Source: an uncultured Bacteroidales bacterium (GTDB lineage Bacteria; Bacteroidota; Bacteroidia; Bacteroidales; UBA932). Taken from it: a DNA stretch of 64,000 nt. Of the stretch, positions 19,604 through 28,861 are shown one piece after another; positions within the stretch are counted from its first letter, which is position 1, and each line of letters begins with the position of its first letter. The position numbers and the translations under genes are program-made. Location: NCBI GenBank assembly GCA_946055165.1, contig CAMGFA010000003.1, positions 7,786-71,785 of the forward strand, given 5' to 3'. A model generated the notes under the pieces. The model searched no databases and was not told the origin of the DNA. It saw only the letters and a list, made by a program, of their open reading frames with translations.

Positions 19604-20365
19604 TCAGAGATATTTTTCGGCAGGGCCGGTAAGATACACTTCGGTAAAAATCCCATTGCCGGGAGTGAATTCCACCTGCAGGTCGTTTATTCGGGCACGG
19701 ACTTGGTATTTCATCCTTTCCGCGCCTGATTTTTTGTCCAGCCAGCAGGCAATGGCCGATGCGGTGATTCCTGTGCCGCAGGCGAGAGTCTCCGCTTCTA
19801 CGCCTTTTTCGAAAGTGCGGATTTTGAAACTGGAGTCCGAAAGTCTTTCCACGAAATTGGCATTCACTCCCAGCGGAGCAAAGTCCGGGTGCTGGCGATA
19901 GTGGCGGCCAAGGCTGTTGATATCTATGGCTTCAATGTCCTCAACGAACTTTACATAGTGGCGGGTTCCTGTGTCCACGAACCAGCCCCCGTCCAAAGCC
20001 CGATGAAATTCTTTAACATCAATCATCTTCAGGCGGACTTCGCCGTTTGGAAGGATGCTGGCGCAGTGCTCTCCGTCCGGAGCCAGAAAACGATAAGTTC
20101 CATCGGAAGAAGGCTCAATGCCCATATCCCTAGCAAAAGCAACAATGCAGCGGCCGCCGTTTCCGCACATCATCCCGGAGGAACCGTCGGAATTGTAATA
20201 GTCCATCTCGAAATCATAGCCTTCTGATTCCTTGAGGAGCATCAGCCCGTCGGTGGAGTACTGCCTGCAGAGGGAAGGGATATCGATATCAGGAATTCCG
20301 GGCCTTCCGTCCAATATGACAAAGTTGTTTCCTGCACCGGAATACAGATTGATTTTCAGCTCCAT
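19604..20365 (-). CDS. dapF: Diaminopimelate epimerase
   Basis: 253 aa with SGAGNNFVILD and the two catalytic Cys motifs MCGNGGRC and ACGTGITA. Confidence 0.9.
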   Translation of the reverse strand: MELKINLYSGAGNNFVILDGRPGIPDIDIPSLCRQYSTDGLMLLKESEGYDFEMDYYNSDGSSGMMCGNGGRCIVAFARDMGIEPSSDGTYRFLAPDGEHCASILPNGEVRLKMIDVKEFHRALDGGWFVDTGTRHYVKFVEDIEAIDINSLGRHYRQHPDFAPLGVNANFVERLSDSSFKIRTFEKGVEAETLACGTGITASAIACWLDKKSGAERMKYQVRARINDLQVEFTPGNGIFTEVYLTGPAEKYL

Positions 20366-20367
20366 AG

Positions 20368-21000
20368 CTAATCCTCCAGAAGTTTCAGAAAGCGGCTCAG
20401 CAGCTCAAAGGAGCGTTGGCCGGCTTCTTTCCAGAATCCGTCATAGGCCTGCTGGTGATTGCAATCCGGACTCTGTACATCGGAAATGAGCCTGAAAGAA
20501 AGGAAGGGCACTCCGTAATGCAGGCAGACCTGGGCAATGGCGGCCGATTCCATATCGCAGGCAAGAGCCTGAGGGTAAATGCTTTTTACTCTAATGTCCT
20601 CTTCCAAAGTTGTAAGGAACTGGTCTCCTGTGCATATCAGGCCTTTGTGAAGGGTATAGCCTTCGGTATCGAGGGCGGACAACTTGTCCAAAAGCTCTGC
20701 CGAGGCTTCGAAACAGCGGGGAAGTCCCTGAACCTGGCCCATCTCGTTGCCTTCGCCGCACCAAACGTCGTGATAAGCAGTTTCCGTTCCGACAACAAAA
20801 TCGCCCACTTTGAGGCTGGAGTCTATACCTCCTGCAACGCCGCTGCTTATTATGCAGTCAGGATTGTCCTTGAGTATGAATTCCGTGGCATTGCGGGCCG
20901 CATTCACCTTGCCTATCCCGGACAGCCTCACGTTTTTGAGCCCTACCCGTTCCAAAGCCTTCAGTTCGGCTTCCATAGCCACCATTATTCCGATCTTCAT
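20368..21000 (-). CDS. mtnN: 5'-methylthioadenosine/S-adenosylhomocysteine nucleosidase family protein
   Basis: 210 aa starting MKIGIMVAMEAE, with GIGKVNAA, SGVAGG and CDMESAAIAQV (PNP/UDP phosphorylase fold). Confidence 0.7.
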   Translation of the reverse strand: MKIGIMVAMEAELKALERVGLKNVRLSGIGKVNAARNATEFILKDNPDCIISSGVAGGIDSSLKVGDFVVGTETAYHDVWCGEGNEMGQVQGLPRCFEASAELLDKLSALDTEGYTLHKGLICTGDQFLTTLEEDIRVKSIYPQALACDMESAAIAQVCLHYGVPFLSFRLISDVQSPDCNHQQAYDGFWKEAGQRSFELLSRFLKLLED

Positions 21001-22190
21001 AATTGTTTTCCTTGTGTTTCAGCCAGCAGAGAGGCCAGCAGTTTGACGCCCGCTTCCATACGCTCATTTTCCATATAGGAGAAGCTCAGCCTCATAGTGT
21101 TCCTGTGGCTGTCATCGGCATAGAAATATGAACCAGGCACATAGGCTACGCCTTTTTCAATTGCCACAGGGAAGAGAGCTGTTGCATCCATATTCTCAGG
21201 CAGGCTCACGAAAAGGAAAAGTCCGCCTTCTGGTCTTGTCCAACTCACGCCTTCCGGCATATATTTTTCGAGCAGTGACAGAAGCATATCTCTTTTCCCA
21301 CGGTACAGCTCCAGGCTTTTTTTCAGATTGCTGTCCAATTCCCCGCTTTCGAGAAATTCCAAAGCCAAATACTGGTTCAGCACTCCCGGACAAAGGTCCA
21401 GACTTTGCTTGCACACGAATACCGCCTGCAGAACATCCTGAGGAGCCACCATCCAGCCTAGCCTGAGCCCCGGTGCAAATATCTTGGAGAAGGAGCCCAG
21501 ATGAATGGTCCTTTCCGGGCAGAGGGAATAGATGCTTCCCACACTTTCCCCTTCATAACGGAGTTCGCGGTAAGGAGAATCTTCCACAATCATAAAGTCG
21601 TAGCGCTCGGCAAGGCTCACCAGTTCGCTTCTTTGGGCAAGGCTGAGAGTCTGTCCGCTCGGATTCTGGAAGTCGGGGATGACATAGAAGAATTTTATTT
21701 TTTTGCCTGCAGCAAGCAGCCTCTCCAGCTGTTCTTCCCTTTTTTTCGAAGCTTCGAAGGAAGGAGTGAGGTCCACGCCCACCAGTTCGGCCCGGTAGCT
21801 CCTGAAAGAATTCAGGGCTCCCAGATAGCTCGGATTTTCGCAAAGCACCACATCCCCCGGGTCCAGCAGTATGCGTGCGCAAACGTCTATGCCCTGTTGC
21901 GACGACGAAGTGATCTGTATGGAATCGGCCTTTATATCAAAGCGCCTGGCAAGGGCCTCGCGAAGCTCTGCCTGGCCTCTGGTGTCGCCGTACTGGAGCA
22001 CCTTGCCGCCGTATTTTGCCACAACTTTTTCCGTCAGGGCGGCCAGCCGGTCCAAAGGAAAAGTTTCCGGCGAAGGGTGTCCGCCGGAAAAATAATACAG
22101 TTTGCTTATGTCCACTTTTTTCAGGATTTCGCGCACCGGCGAGCTCCTGAAAGCTGAAACATCTTCGGAAAACAGTGTCTTGTAATTCAT
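20997..22190 (-). CDS. PLP-dependent class I/II aminotransferase (candidate N-succinyl-DAP aminotransferase by context)
   Basis: 397 aa. The SFSKIFAPGLRLGW motif contains the PLP lysine. Its position between dapD and dapF suggests a DapC-like role, which is inference only. Confidence 0.65.
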   Translation of the reverse strand: MNYKTLFSEDVSAFRSSPVREILKKVDISKLYYFSGGHPSPETFPLDRLAALTEKVVAKYGGKVLQYGDTRGQAELREALARRFDIKADSIQITSSSQQGIDVCARILLDPGDVVLCENPSYLGALNSFRSYRAELVGVDLTPSFEASKKREEQLERLLAAGKKIKFFYVIPDFQNPSGQTLSLAQRSELVSLAERYDFMIVEDSPYRELRYEGESVGSIYSLCPERTIHLGSFSKIFAPGLRLGWMVAPQDVLQAVFVCKQSLDLCPGVLNQYLALEFLESGELDSNLKKSLELYRGKRDMLLSLLEKYMPEGVSWTRPEGGLFLFVSLPENMDATALFPVAIEKGVAYVPGSYFYADDSHRNTMRLSFSYMENERMEAGVKLLASLLAETQGKQL

Positions 22191-22963
22191 TATCTCAAGA
22201 GTTCCTCCAAACTTACCGAGCCGGAGGTTTTATCGTCACGATATTTGACAATCACCGGGCAGTAAAGGTGTATGCCGCTGCCTGCAGCAGCTCCTTTGAC
22301 AACAGGCCTGCTGCCGCTTACCACAACCGCACCGCGGGGCACTACCACTCTGCCGGCTTCGTTGCGCGGCACGAACTCGCCTTTGGTGGCATCGTACAGA
22401 GGAGTGCTGGAGGTGATGATTACGCCCGATGCTACCACGGCCCCCTCTTCCACTATGGTACCTTCATAAATGCCGCAGTTGCCTCCGATAAAGGCTCCGT
22501 CCTCTATGATGGTAGGCAGTGCGCCTGCCGGCTCGAGCACTCCGCCTATCTGCGTGGAGGCTGAGATGTGGATGTGGCTGCCCACCTGCGCGCAGGACCC
22601 TATGGTAACGTGGGAATCGACCATTGTCCCTTCGCCAACCCAGGCTCCTACATTGATGTAGGAAGGAGGCATGACTATGCTGCCCTTTGCAAGGTAGGCG
22701 CCGCGTCTGATGCTGCTTCCTCCAGGGACTATCCTTACTCCGTCGGCAGCGCTGAATTTGCGTGCAGGGAAGGTGTCCTTGTCATAGAAACTGAACTGTC
22801 CCTGACTCATATCCACCACCTGTCCCATGCGGAACCCGGCCAGGATGATTTGCTTTATTTCGCTGTTAACCACCCATTTGCCGTCTATTTTCTGAGCTAC
22901 TCGAATTTCGCCGGCTTCCAGACGGGCAAGGGTTTCGTTGAAAAGTTCCAAACTTACTTCCAT
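22190..22963 (-). CDS. dapD: 2,3,4,5-tetrahydropyridine-2,6-dicarboxylate N-acyl(succinyl)transferase
   Basis: 257 aa with a left-handed beta-helix hexapeptide-repeat region (IGSCAQVGSHIHISASTQIGGVLEP...) and a DapD-like N-terminus. Confidence 0.8.
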   Translation of the reverse strand: MEVSLELFNETLARLEAGEIRVAQKIDGKWVVNSEIKQIILAGFRMGQVVDMSQGQFSFYDKDTFPARKFSAADGVRIVPGGSSIRRGAYLAKGSIVMPPSYINVGAWVGEGTMVDSHVTIGSCAQVGSHIHISASTQIGGVLEPAGALPTIIEDGAFIGGNCGIYEGTIVEEGAVVASGVIITSSTPLYDATKGEFVPRNEAGRVVVPRGAVVVSGSRPVVKGAAAGSGIHLYCPVIVKYRDDKTSGSVSLEELLR

Positions 22964-23820
22964 TCCGATAGAATTTCTTTAATTGTTCTTACGGTGTTTT
23001 CGCCGGCCGCTGTGAGCGGAATGCGCATTGTGTTGCTGCAAAGTCCCAGTTGCCTGAGTGCTTCTTTTGCCGGGATGGGGTTCGATTCCACAAAGCAGCC
23101 TTTGAACAGTGGCTGCAAACGGCTGTCGAGTTCTTCTGCCTTCTCGAAATCTCCTTCAAGACAGAGCTTTACCATTGTGCTTACCTGCTGGGGAAGAATG
23201 TTGGAAGCCACTGAAATCACGCCGGCCGCCCCCTCTTTCATAAGGGAGAAGGTCATGTCGTCGTCTCCGCTGAAAAGGCTGAAGCCTTCCGGGGCGCCCT
23301 CAAGAATCTGCCTGCACTGCCCGAAATTGCCCGATGCTTCCTTGACTCCTATTATTCCCGGCACTTCGCGTGCAATGCGCAGGCAGGTATCGGCCGTCAT
23401 ATTGCAGCCGGTGCGTCCAGGCACATTGTACATTATGATGGGCACTCCGCTCTCGCGGGCTATGGTCTTGAAATACAGGTAAAGACCTTCCTGGGTGGGT
23501 TTGTTGTAGAAAGGCACCACAACAAGGTAGGCATCGGCTCCGGGGAAGGCCTTTATGTTCTCGAGGGTGGCGTTCACGCTGTTGGAGCCGCAACCTGCAA
23601 GCAGCGGCAGTCCACAGCCTTTGCAGATGTTCAGAAGACGGTGCTTTTCCCCGCTGCTGAGTGTGGGTGTTTCAGAAGTGGTTGCAAGAGGAACCAGAAA
23701 GTCCACCCCGCCGCGGCATTGCCGCTCGAGCAGCGCCTCAAAAGCAGAGTAGTCCACCTCTCCGTTTTCAAGGAAAGGAGTTACCAGGGCAGTTCCGCAA
23801 GCTTTGAAAATGCCGTTCAT
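22954..23820 (-). CDS. dapA: 4-hydroxy-tetrahydrodipicolinate synthase
   Basis: 288 aa with GTALVTPF, TTSETPTLS and IMYNVPGRTG. The Schiff-base lysine lies in the GVKEASG context. Confidence 0.9.
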   Translation of the reverse strand: MNGIFKACGTALVTPFLENGEVDYSAFEALLERQCRGGVDFLVPLATTSETPTLSSGEKHRLLNICKGCGLPLLAGCGSNSVNATLENIKAFPGADAYLVVVPFYNKPTQEGLYLYFKTIARESGVPIIMYNVPGRTGCNMTADTCLRIAREVPGIIGVKEASGNFGQCRQILEGAPEGFSLFSGDDDMTFSLMKEGAAGVISVASNILPQQVSTMVKLCLEGDFEKAEELDSRLQPLFKGCFVESNPIPAKEALRQLGLCSNTMRIPLTAAGENTVRTIKEILSEWK

Positions 23821-24482
23821 TATTTGAGCAGTTCTTTGAATTCGTGCACACCCTTCATGTTTTCGGTCATAAGGGCTGCAACCACAGCACCTTCGGCCAG
23901 ACCCTCGCGGGAGAAGGCTTCGTGACTAATCTTGATTTTGTCAACGTCCGATTTGAACTTCACGATGTGGGTACCCACAACTTCGCCCTGCCTCAGGGAG
24001 GTGATGTCCGGGTTCACGCCCAATTTGTCCTTCACGGTATGGGCCAGCACCTTGGCGGTGCCGCTCGGAGCATCGAGTTTGTGAATGTGGTGGGTCTCCT
24101 CGATATGTGGAATGTAGTTGTAACCGCGAAGGATTTCGCTCACCCTCTCCACTGCTGCGAACATTGCATTCACGCCTATGGAGAAATTTGCGGAGTAAAT
24201 CATAGGGGTATCGCACATATAGAACTGTCCGATGACCTTGGTCTTGATGTCGTCCCAGCCCGTTGTTCCCACAACAACAGCCTTGAAGTTTTCTGCAAGG
24301 AACTGATAGTTGGCCTTGAAGGCATCGGGGGTGGTGAAATCTATGCATACGCATTCCTTTGCCAGGGCAGGGTCTATGCTGCATATGTCTTCGGAAATGG
24401 CGGCAATCTCGACGCCGCGTTTGATAAGAACTCCTTCAATGATATGGCCCATTTTGCCATATCCGCTAATCACAACTTTCAT
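23820..24482 (-). CDS. dapB: 4-hydroxy-tetrahydrodipicolinate reductase
   Basis: 220 aa with MKVVISGYGKMG (NAD(P) binding) and EETHHIHKLDAPSGTA (the DapB signature E.HH..K.DAPSGTA). Confidence 0.9.
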   Translation of the reverse strand: MKVVISGYGKMGHIIEGVLIKRGVEIAAISEDICSIDPALAKECVCIDFTTPDAFKANYQFLAENFKAVVVGTTGWDDIKTKVIGQFYMCDTPMIYSANFSIGVNAMFAAVERVSEILRGYNYIPHIEETHHIHKLDAPSGTAKVLAHTVKDKLGVNPDITSLRQGEVVGTHIVKFKSDVDKIKISHEAFSREGLAEGAVVAALMTENMKGVHEFKELLK

Positions 24483-25443
24483 AGAATTTCAAATTATTGT
24501 TAATTGCTGTTTCAATATCTTTAATGTCAATGCATTCATCGTCACGGTGCGCGGTGAATATGCTTCCCGGGCCGCAGATTATCTTTTTGTCGAAGCCCTG
24601 CAGCTGCGGAGCATCACTGCCGAAGGCCACGCTCTTTCCCTTGAAGCCCTCCGGAACAAAATAGCGGGCCGGGGCATCGCCTCCACGCGCGACGATATTG
24701 ATGTCGGGCCCTTTTTTTCGCTCCATCCATTTCTGCACAGCCTCGTCGCTTGCGAAAGTGGTGCGGAAATAGAGGGTGCAGCTGAGCTGCGGACTGAGTA
24801 CGTTCTGCGGATTGTTGCTCAGCAGCCTGCCCACATTCCAGGTGGTTTCTCCCAGCAGCGGGTCTTTTTTGAAGTCCGATTCTATCTCCAGCTCAATCAT
24901 GAAGTCCATCCACATTTCCACCGCGCTGCGTCCCTTTTCGGGGTATCCGCTGTGGAAAGGTTTGCCTTTGAAGGTGAGGTCGAAGCACTTGGTGCCTTTC
25001 GATGCGCTTGCGGGAATGTTTTCCGTAGGCTCCCCGACCACGAGCAGGGGCGCCTGAAGCCTGCCGTTGAAGGCTTTGGCTCCGAACGATCCTGTCTCTT
25101 CGCCGCTGAGCAGCAGCAGTGCGAAACCGCTTTTTCCCTGCCTTTCAAGCTCTTTGCAGGCGCGGTACATGGAGTAAATCTGTCCTTTGGCATCGCAGGC
25201 TCCCCGTCCGCGGACAATGCCGTCGTCCCCGAAAACGGGAGGAATGTATGGAGGAACCGTGTCGAGATGGGTGCAGTACACCACCTTGGGCTGTCCCCAG
25301 CTCAAAAGCAGGTTCAAACTGCCGTCACCCACTTCCATAAGTTCCTTGGAAGGTGCCTCGAGCCAGTCGTAGAGCTTGAGGGCCAGTTCCCTTTCCTTTC
25401 CGGAAGTGGAGTCTATCTTCAATATCTTTCTGAACAGTTCCAT
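24466..25443 (-). CDS. dapE: M20-family metallohydrolase (candidate succinyl-diaminopimelate desuccinylase)
   Basis: 325 aa with the metal-binding motifs HLDTVPP, GRGACDAKG and SGEETGS. It is shorter than a typical DapE, and the function is assigned from operon context. Confidence 0.6.
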   Translation of the reverse strand: MELFRKILKIDSTSGKERELALKLYDWLEAPSKELMEVGDGSLNLLLSWGQPKVVYCTHLDTVPPYIPPVFGDDGIVRGRGACDAKGQIYSMYRACKELERQGKSGFALLLLSGEETGSFGAKAFNGRLQAPLLVVGEPTENIPASASKGTKCFDLTFKGKPFHSGYPEKGRSAVEMWMDFMIELEIESDFKKDPLLGETTWNVGRLLSNNPQNVLSPQLSCTLYFRTTFASDEAVQKWMERKKGPDINIVARGGDAPARYFVPEGFKGKSVAFGSDAPQLQGFDKKIICGPGSIFTAHRDDECIDIKDIETAINNNLKFYESCD

Positions 25444-27402
25444 CTATCTGAGTATGTCGTTCAACACTCCCGACGCTGCCATTCTTGCCCCTTCTCCTGC
25501 TCCCTGAACAATCAGCGCAGAAGGCTGGAAGGCGCTTCGGATTATTACCATATTTTCCGTACCCTTGAGCCTGAGGGCAGGATGCTCCGGGTCCAGATTC
25601 TCAAGGCGGATGCCCGCCCTGTAACCCAAACGCGCGTCTGCATCCTTTTCCAGGGAAGCAACGAAACGCTGGCCCGGAAGAATACGTTCTTCGCTTACCG
25701 GTTCTATTTTCACGTCGCTTTCTTCGAGGGCTATTCCGGCTTCACGTGCCAAAATTAACAATTTTCTCAGAGCATCCCTACCGGACAGGTCCTGAGAAGG
25801 GTCTTTTTCTGTAAGTTTTATCTCTTTTGCCCTCTCGAGTGCCTCCTTGAAAGGCAGTCCGCTCGTGAGAATATAGTTCAAGGTGCAGCTCACCACAGCC
25901 TGCAGTGAGAGAATTTCGTCTGCACTGTTGGTGCTGCTTGCAATGGAGTTGAGTATTGGCAGGGCCGTGCCCACGGTGGTTTCGTAGCGCAAAAAGCAGC
26001 GGTTGCGCCTTGCACAGCTTTTAATCCGGGCATAGTCCTTATAGCCGATGCTGAAAGCCCTGCGGTTGGAGCTGACTATATTCACTCCGGCCTCAAGGAT
26101 GTCGCAGTAGCGCTTCCAGATTTCCTCCGAATCGGTGCAGTCCACAAAAATCCTGGACTCGCCGTCCCCGTGCAGAAGCTGCTGGAAAAAGGCATCGTCC
26201 TCGCTTTCGTGGCGGCTTATCGCAACCACCTCCACCTTGGCGGAAGAGCTGTCTATAATCTGCAGCAAAGCCTGCCCTACGGCTCCGCAGCCAGCCAGGT
26301 ATATTCGCTTTCTGTCTTCGGTTTCGAAGAGCTGTCGGTGCAGTAGTTTCAGGGCCTCGCCTTCATCGTCCCGGGGAAGGGTGCAAGTGCAGCAGTTCCC
26401 ATCTTCAATGGTCCAGGGGCTGCATGGAATGTTGTATTTGTGCATCCGCCTCTCCAGCTCCCTGCAGTCATCGGGGTCAATTGCCCCGTCGGCTACAAGG
26501 CAGATTTGCGACAGGGAGTCTTTTTTCTGCGATGCGATTCCCACCCATTCGCCTTTTTCTCTGGCTTTCTGAGCGCAGATTATGCTGCCGCTCTGGCTGC
26601 TGTCCAGAGAATTGAGTATTTCGATGTCGATTCCTGCCTGCCTTGCCGGCTCCACAGTGGGAGCGTAGAGCACTTTGGCCCCGTGGCTTGCCAGGGCAAA
26701 GGCCGATTCGTAACTCAGTCTGCCTATGGTGCGAGCCTTCTTCACGTCCTTCGGGTTGCAGGTCATTATGCCGGGCACATCGGTCCAGATCTGGAGCCTG
26801 TCCGCCTGCAATGCTGCGGCGTAGATTGCTGCGCTGTAGTCCGATCCGCCCCTTCCCAAAGTGCAGACCTTGCCATCGCTTTTCGAGGCTATGAAGCCGG
26901 GTGCCACAAATACTTCGATTTCGGGATGGTCGTGTATGGCCTTGCGGATTCTTTCGTAAGTCAACTTATAATCCACCCCGTTTTCATTGCAGCGGATGAG
27001 CTCGCGTGAGTCAATCCACAGGGCACGGACTCCGTCGCAGTTGAGCTTGCCTGCTATGATGCTGGTGGACAGCAGTTCTCCAAAGGCGGGGTAGTCCTCC
27101 AAGGGGCTCTGGGACAGGTCGTTGAAAATCTCCTGCAGGCGCTCGCAGGCTTCCGTTCTTTCACGGCCCGTGAACAGGCGTCTGCAGATTTCGAAATGCC
27201 TGTTTTTGAGGTCCTCAAGCAGTTTCTGCCTTTTGCCGCTGTCCGATTTTGAGCACTCTATGAGAAGGTCGGTGGCTCCGCTTATGGCCGAACTCACCAG
27301 AACCATCCTGCCCCTGCCGGCCGCATCGGACACAATGTCCAATACCCGGGAAATGGCTGTTGCACTCGCAACCGAACTGCCTCCGAACTTGAGAACCTGC
27401 AT
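25444..27402 (-). CDS. thrA: Bifunctional aspartokinase / homoserine dehydrogenase-like fusion
   Basis: 652 aa. The N-terminus MQVLKFGGSSVAS plus GRGGSDYSA indicate an amino-acid kinase. The C-terminal half carries a Rossmann motif (YLAGCGAVGQ) and the homoserine-dehydrogenase-like motif DPSQDLSGRDALRKLLILARE. Confidence 0.75.
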   Translation of the reverse strand: MQVLKFGGSSVASATAISRVLDIVSDAAGRGRMVLVSSAISGATDLLIECSKSDSGKRQKLLEDLKNRHFEICRRLFTGRERTEACERLQEIFNDLSQSPLEDYPAFGELLSTSIIAGKLNCDGVRALWIDSRELIRCNENGVDYKLTYERIRKAIHDHPEIEVFVAPGFIASKSDGKVCTLGRGGSDYSAAIYAAALQADRLQIWTDVPGIMTCNPKDVKKARTIGRLSYESAFALASHGAKVLYAPTVEPARQAGIDIEILNSLDSSQSGSIICAQKAREKGEWVGIASQKKDSLSQICLVADGAIDPDDCRELERRMHKYNIPCSPWTIEDGNCCTCTLPRDDEGEALKLLHRQLFETEDRKRIYLAGCGAVGQALLQIIDSSSAKVEVVAISRHESEDDAFFQQLLHGDGESRIFVDCTDSEEIWKRYCDILEAGVNIVSSNRRAFSIGYKDYARIKSCARRNRCFLRYETTVGTALPILNSIASSTNSADEILSLQAVVSCTLNYILTSGLPFKEALERAKEIKLTEKDPSQDLSGRDALRKLLILAREAGIALEESDVKIEPVSEERILPGQRFVASLEKDADARLGYRAGIRLENLDPEHPALRLKGTENMVIIRSAFQPSALIVQGAGEGARMAASGVLNDILR

Positions 27403-27411
27403 ATTATCCTT

Positions 27412-28482
27412 CTATCTGTACTCTTCGAATTCCGGCATGGCCAGTTCGGAGATAAAATCGTTTACTTTGTTTTCGTCCCTCGGGCAGATGAGCAGCACGT
27501 CCGGCGTGTCCACCACGAGGAAGTTGTCGAGGCCTTTTATGGCCATAAGTTTGTGTTTGTCAAGGCAGAAGACCATATTGTTGCTGTCGTCCTTGAACAG
27601 GTGTTTGCCTTCGGAGTTGGTGGCATTGCCGTTGGCATCCCGCACTGAGAGATTGTCGTACAAAGCCTCCCAATTGCCCATGTCGGCCCATTTGAAATGG
27701 GCAGGAATCACGCTCGCGATGGAGGTTTTCTCCATAACCGCGTAGTCTATTGACACTCTGGCCGAATCGGCGTAAATCTTGTCCAAATCGTCCGATTCTT
27801 TCCAGACAGCCGTGATTTCGGGGGCGTACTTGTCGAGCTCCTCGAGAATGAGCGAGGCCTGCCAGATGAAAATTCCGGAGTTCCACAGGAATTCTCCGCT
27901 TTTGAGGAAGGCCTGGGCAATCTCCCTGCTCGGTTTTTCGGTGAAGGTCTTCACTTTCACCGGCTGATGGCTCTTGATGGCCTTGCTGCCGCCGCTTACC
28001 TGGATGTAGCCGAAATTGGCATCGGCCCTTGTAGGCTTTATGCCCAAGGTTATGAGCTCGCGGTTTTCGGCTGCGTAGTCCAGGGCCAGCCTGATGGTGT
28101 CGGCAAAACCCGCTCCCTTTTCAATCCAATGGTCGGCAGGGCAGGCCACCATCACGGCCTGAGGGTCTTTCTTTATGAGATGTTTGGCCGCGTAGCAGAT
28201 GCACGGGGCCGTGTTTCTGTTGTACACTTCGAGAAGGAGGTTTTCCTCTCTCAACTCGGGGAGCTGCGCCTTGACAATGTCGTGATATTCCCTGAGGCTT
28301 ACCACGATAATGTGATCTTCGGCAACGACTTCCTTCATCCGGTCGTAGGCCAGCCTGAGCAGGGATGCGTCCGAATCGGAAATCTTCAAAAATTGTTTCG
28401 GCAGGGCTTTTCGGCTGATAGGCCAGAAACGGGTTCCGAGGCCTCCTGCCATAATTACGCAGTAATAGTGTTCGTTAAACAT
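27412..28482 (-). CDS. manC: Mannose-1-phosphate guanylyltransferase-like nucleotidyltransferase
   Basis: 356 aa with VIMAGGLGTRFWPISRKALPKQFL at the N-terminus. Confidence 0.8.
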   Translation of the reverse strand: MFNEHYYCVIMAGGLGTRFWPISRKALPKQFLKISDSDASLLRLAYDRMKEVVAEDHIIVVSLREYHDIVKAQLPELREENLLLEVYNRNTAPCICYAAKHLIKKDPQAVMVACPADHWIEKGAGFADTIRLALDYAAENRELITLGIKPTRADANFGYIQVSGGSKAIKSHQPVKVKTFTEKPSREIAQAFLKSGEFLWNSGIFIWQASLILEELDKYAPEITAVWKESDDLDKIYADSARVSIDYAVMEKTSIASVIPAHFKWADMGNWEALYDNLSVRDANGNATNSEGKHLFKDDSNNMVFCLDKHKLMAIKGLDNFLVVDTPDVLLICPRDENKVNDFISELAMPEFEEYR

Positions 28483-28858
28483 AAATCGGTATATATGCTC
28501 CCGGATGGTAGTCCACTGTTATGTCCGTGCCTTTGAAGTTCACGCACACCACATCGAAGACTACGTCCAGGTCTGTGGGTAGTTCTTTTCTTTCGGGAGA
28601 ATTGAGGAAGGCTTTGGCCGCCTTCACCAGATTGTCCCTTTTCTTTCTGTTCACCTTCATCAGGGGGTCTGCAAGTGCGGAACCGAAGATGCTCTTCACT
28701 TCCACTATGTGCAGCTGCCCCGGGGAAAGGCTTATTATGTCAATTTCCAGATGGCCGGCTCTCCAGTTCCTTGCCACAATGCTGTGGCCCAGAGCCTGCA
28801 GATGCAGGCAAGCCTGCTGCTCGCCTTCCTGTCCGACAATCTGATTGTTGCTCCTCAT
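28475..28858 (-). CDS. yraN: YraN-family (UPF0102) endonuclease-like protein
   Basis: 127 aa with GEQQACLHLQALGHSIVARNWR...EIDII...IVEVK, the typical YraN pattern. Confidence 0.75.
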   Translation of the reverse strand: MRSNNQIVGQEGEQQACLHLQALGHSIVARNWRAGHLEIDIISLSPGQLHIVEVKSIFGSALADPLMKVNRKKRDNLVKAAKAFLNSPERKELPTDLDVVFDVVCVNFKGTDITVDYHPGAYIPIYV

Positions 28859-28861
28859 AAA

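Noticed and set aside
24310-25758. 482-aa + strand ORF
   Set aside because: It is antisense to the dapE-like and aspartokinase genes and spans their junction. It is a shadow ORF.
27403-27411. Search for a lysine riboswitch or leader ahead of the DAP/lysine operon
   Set aside because: Only 9 nt separate the operon from the upstream manC-like stop, so there is no space for a riboswitch.
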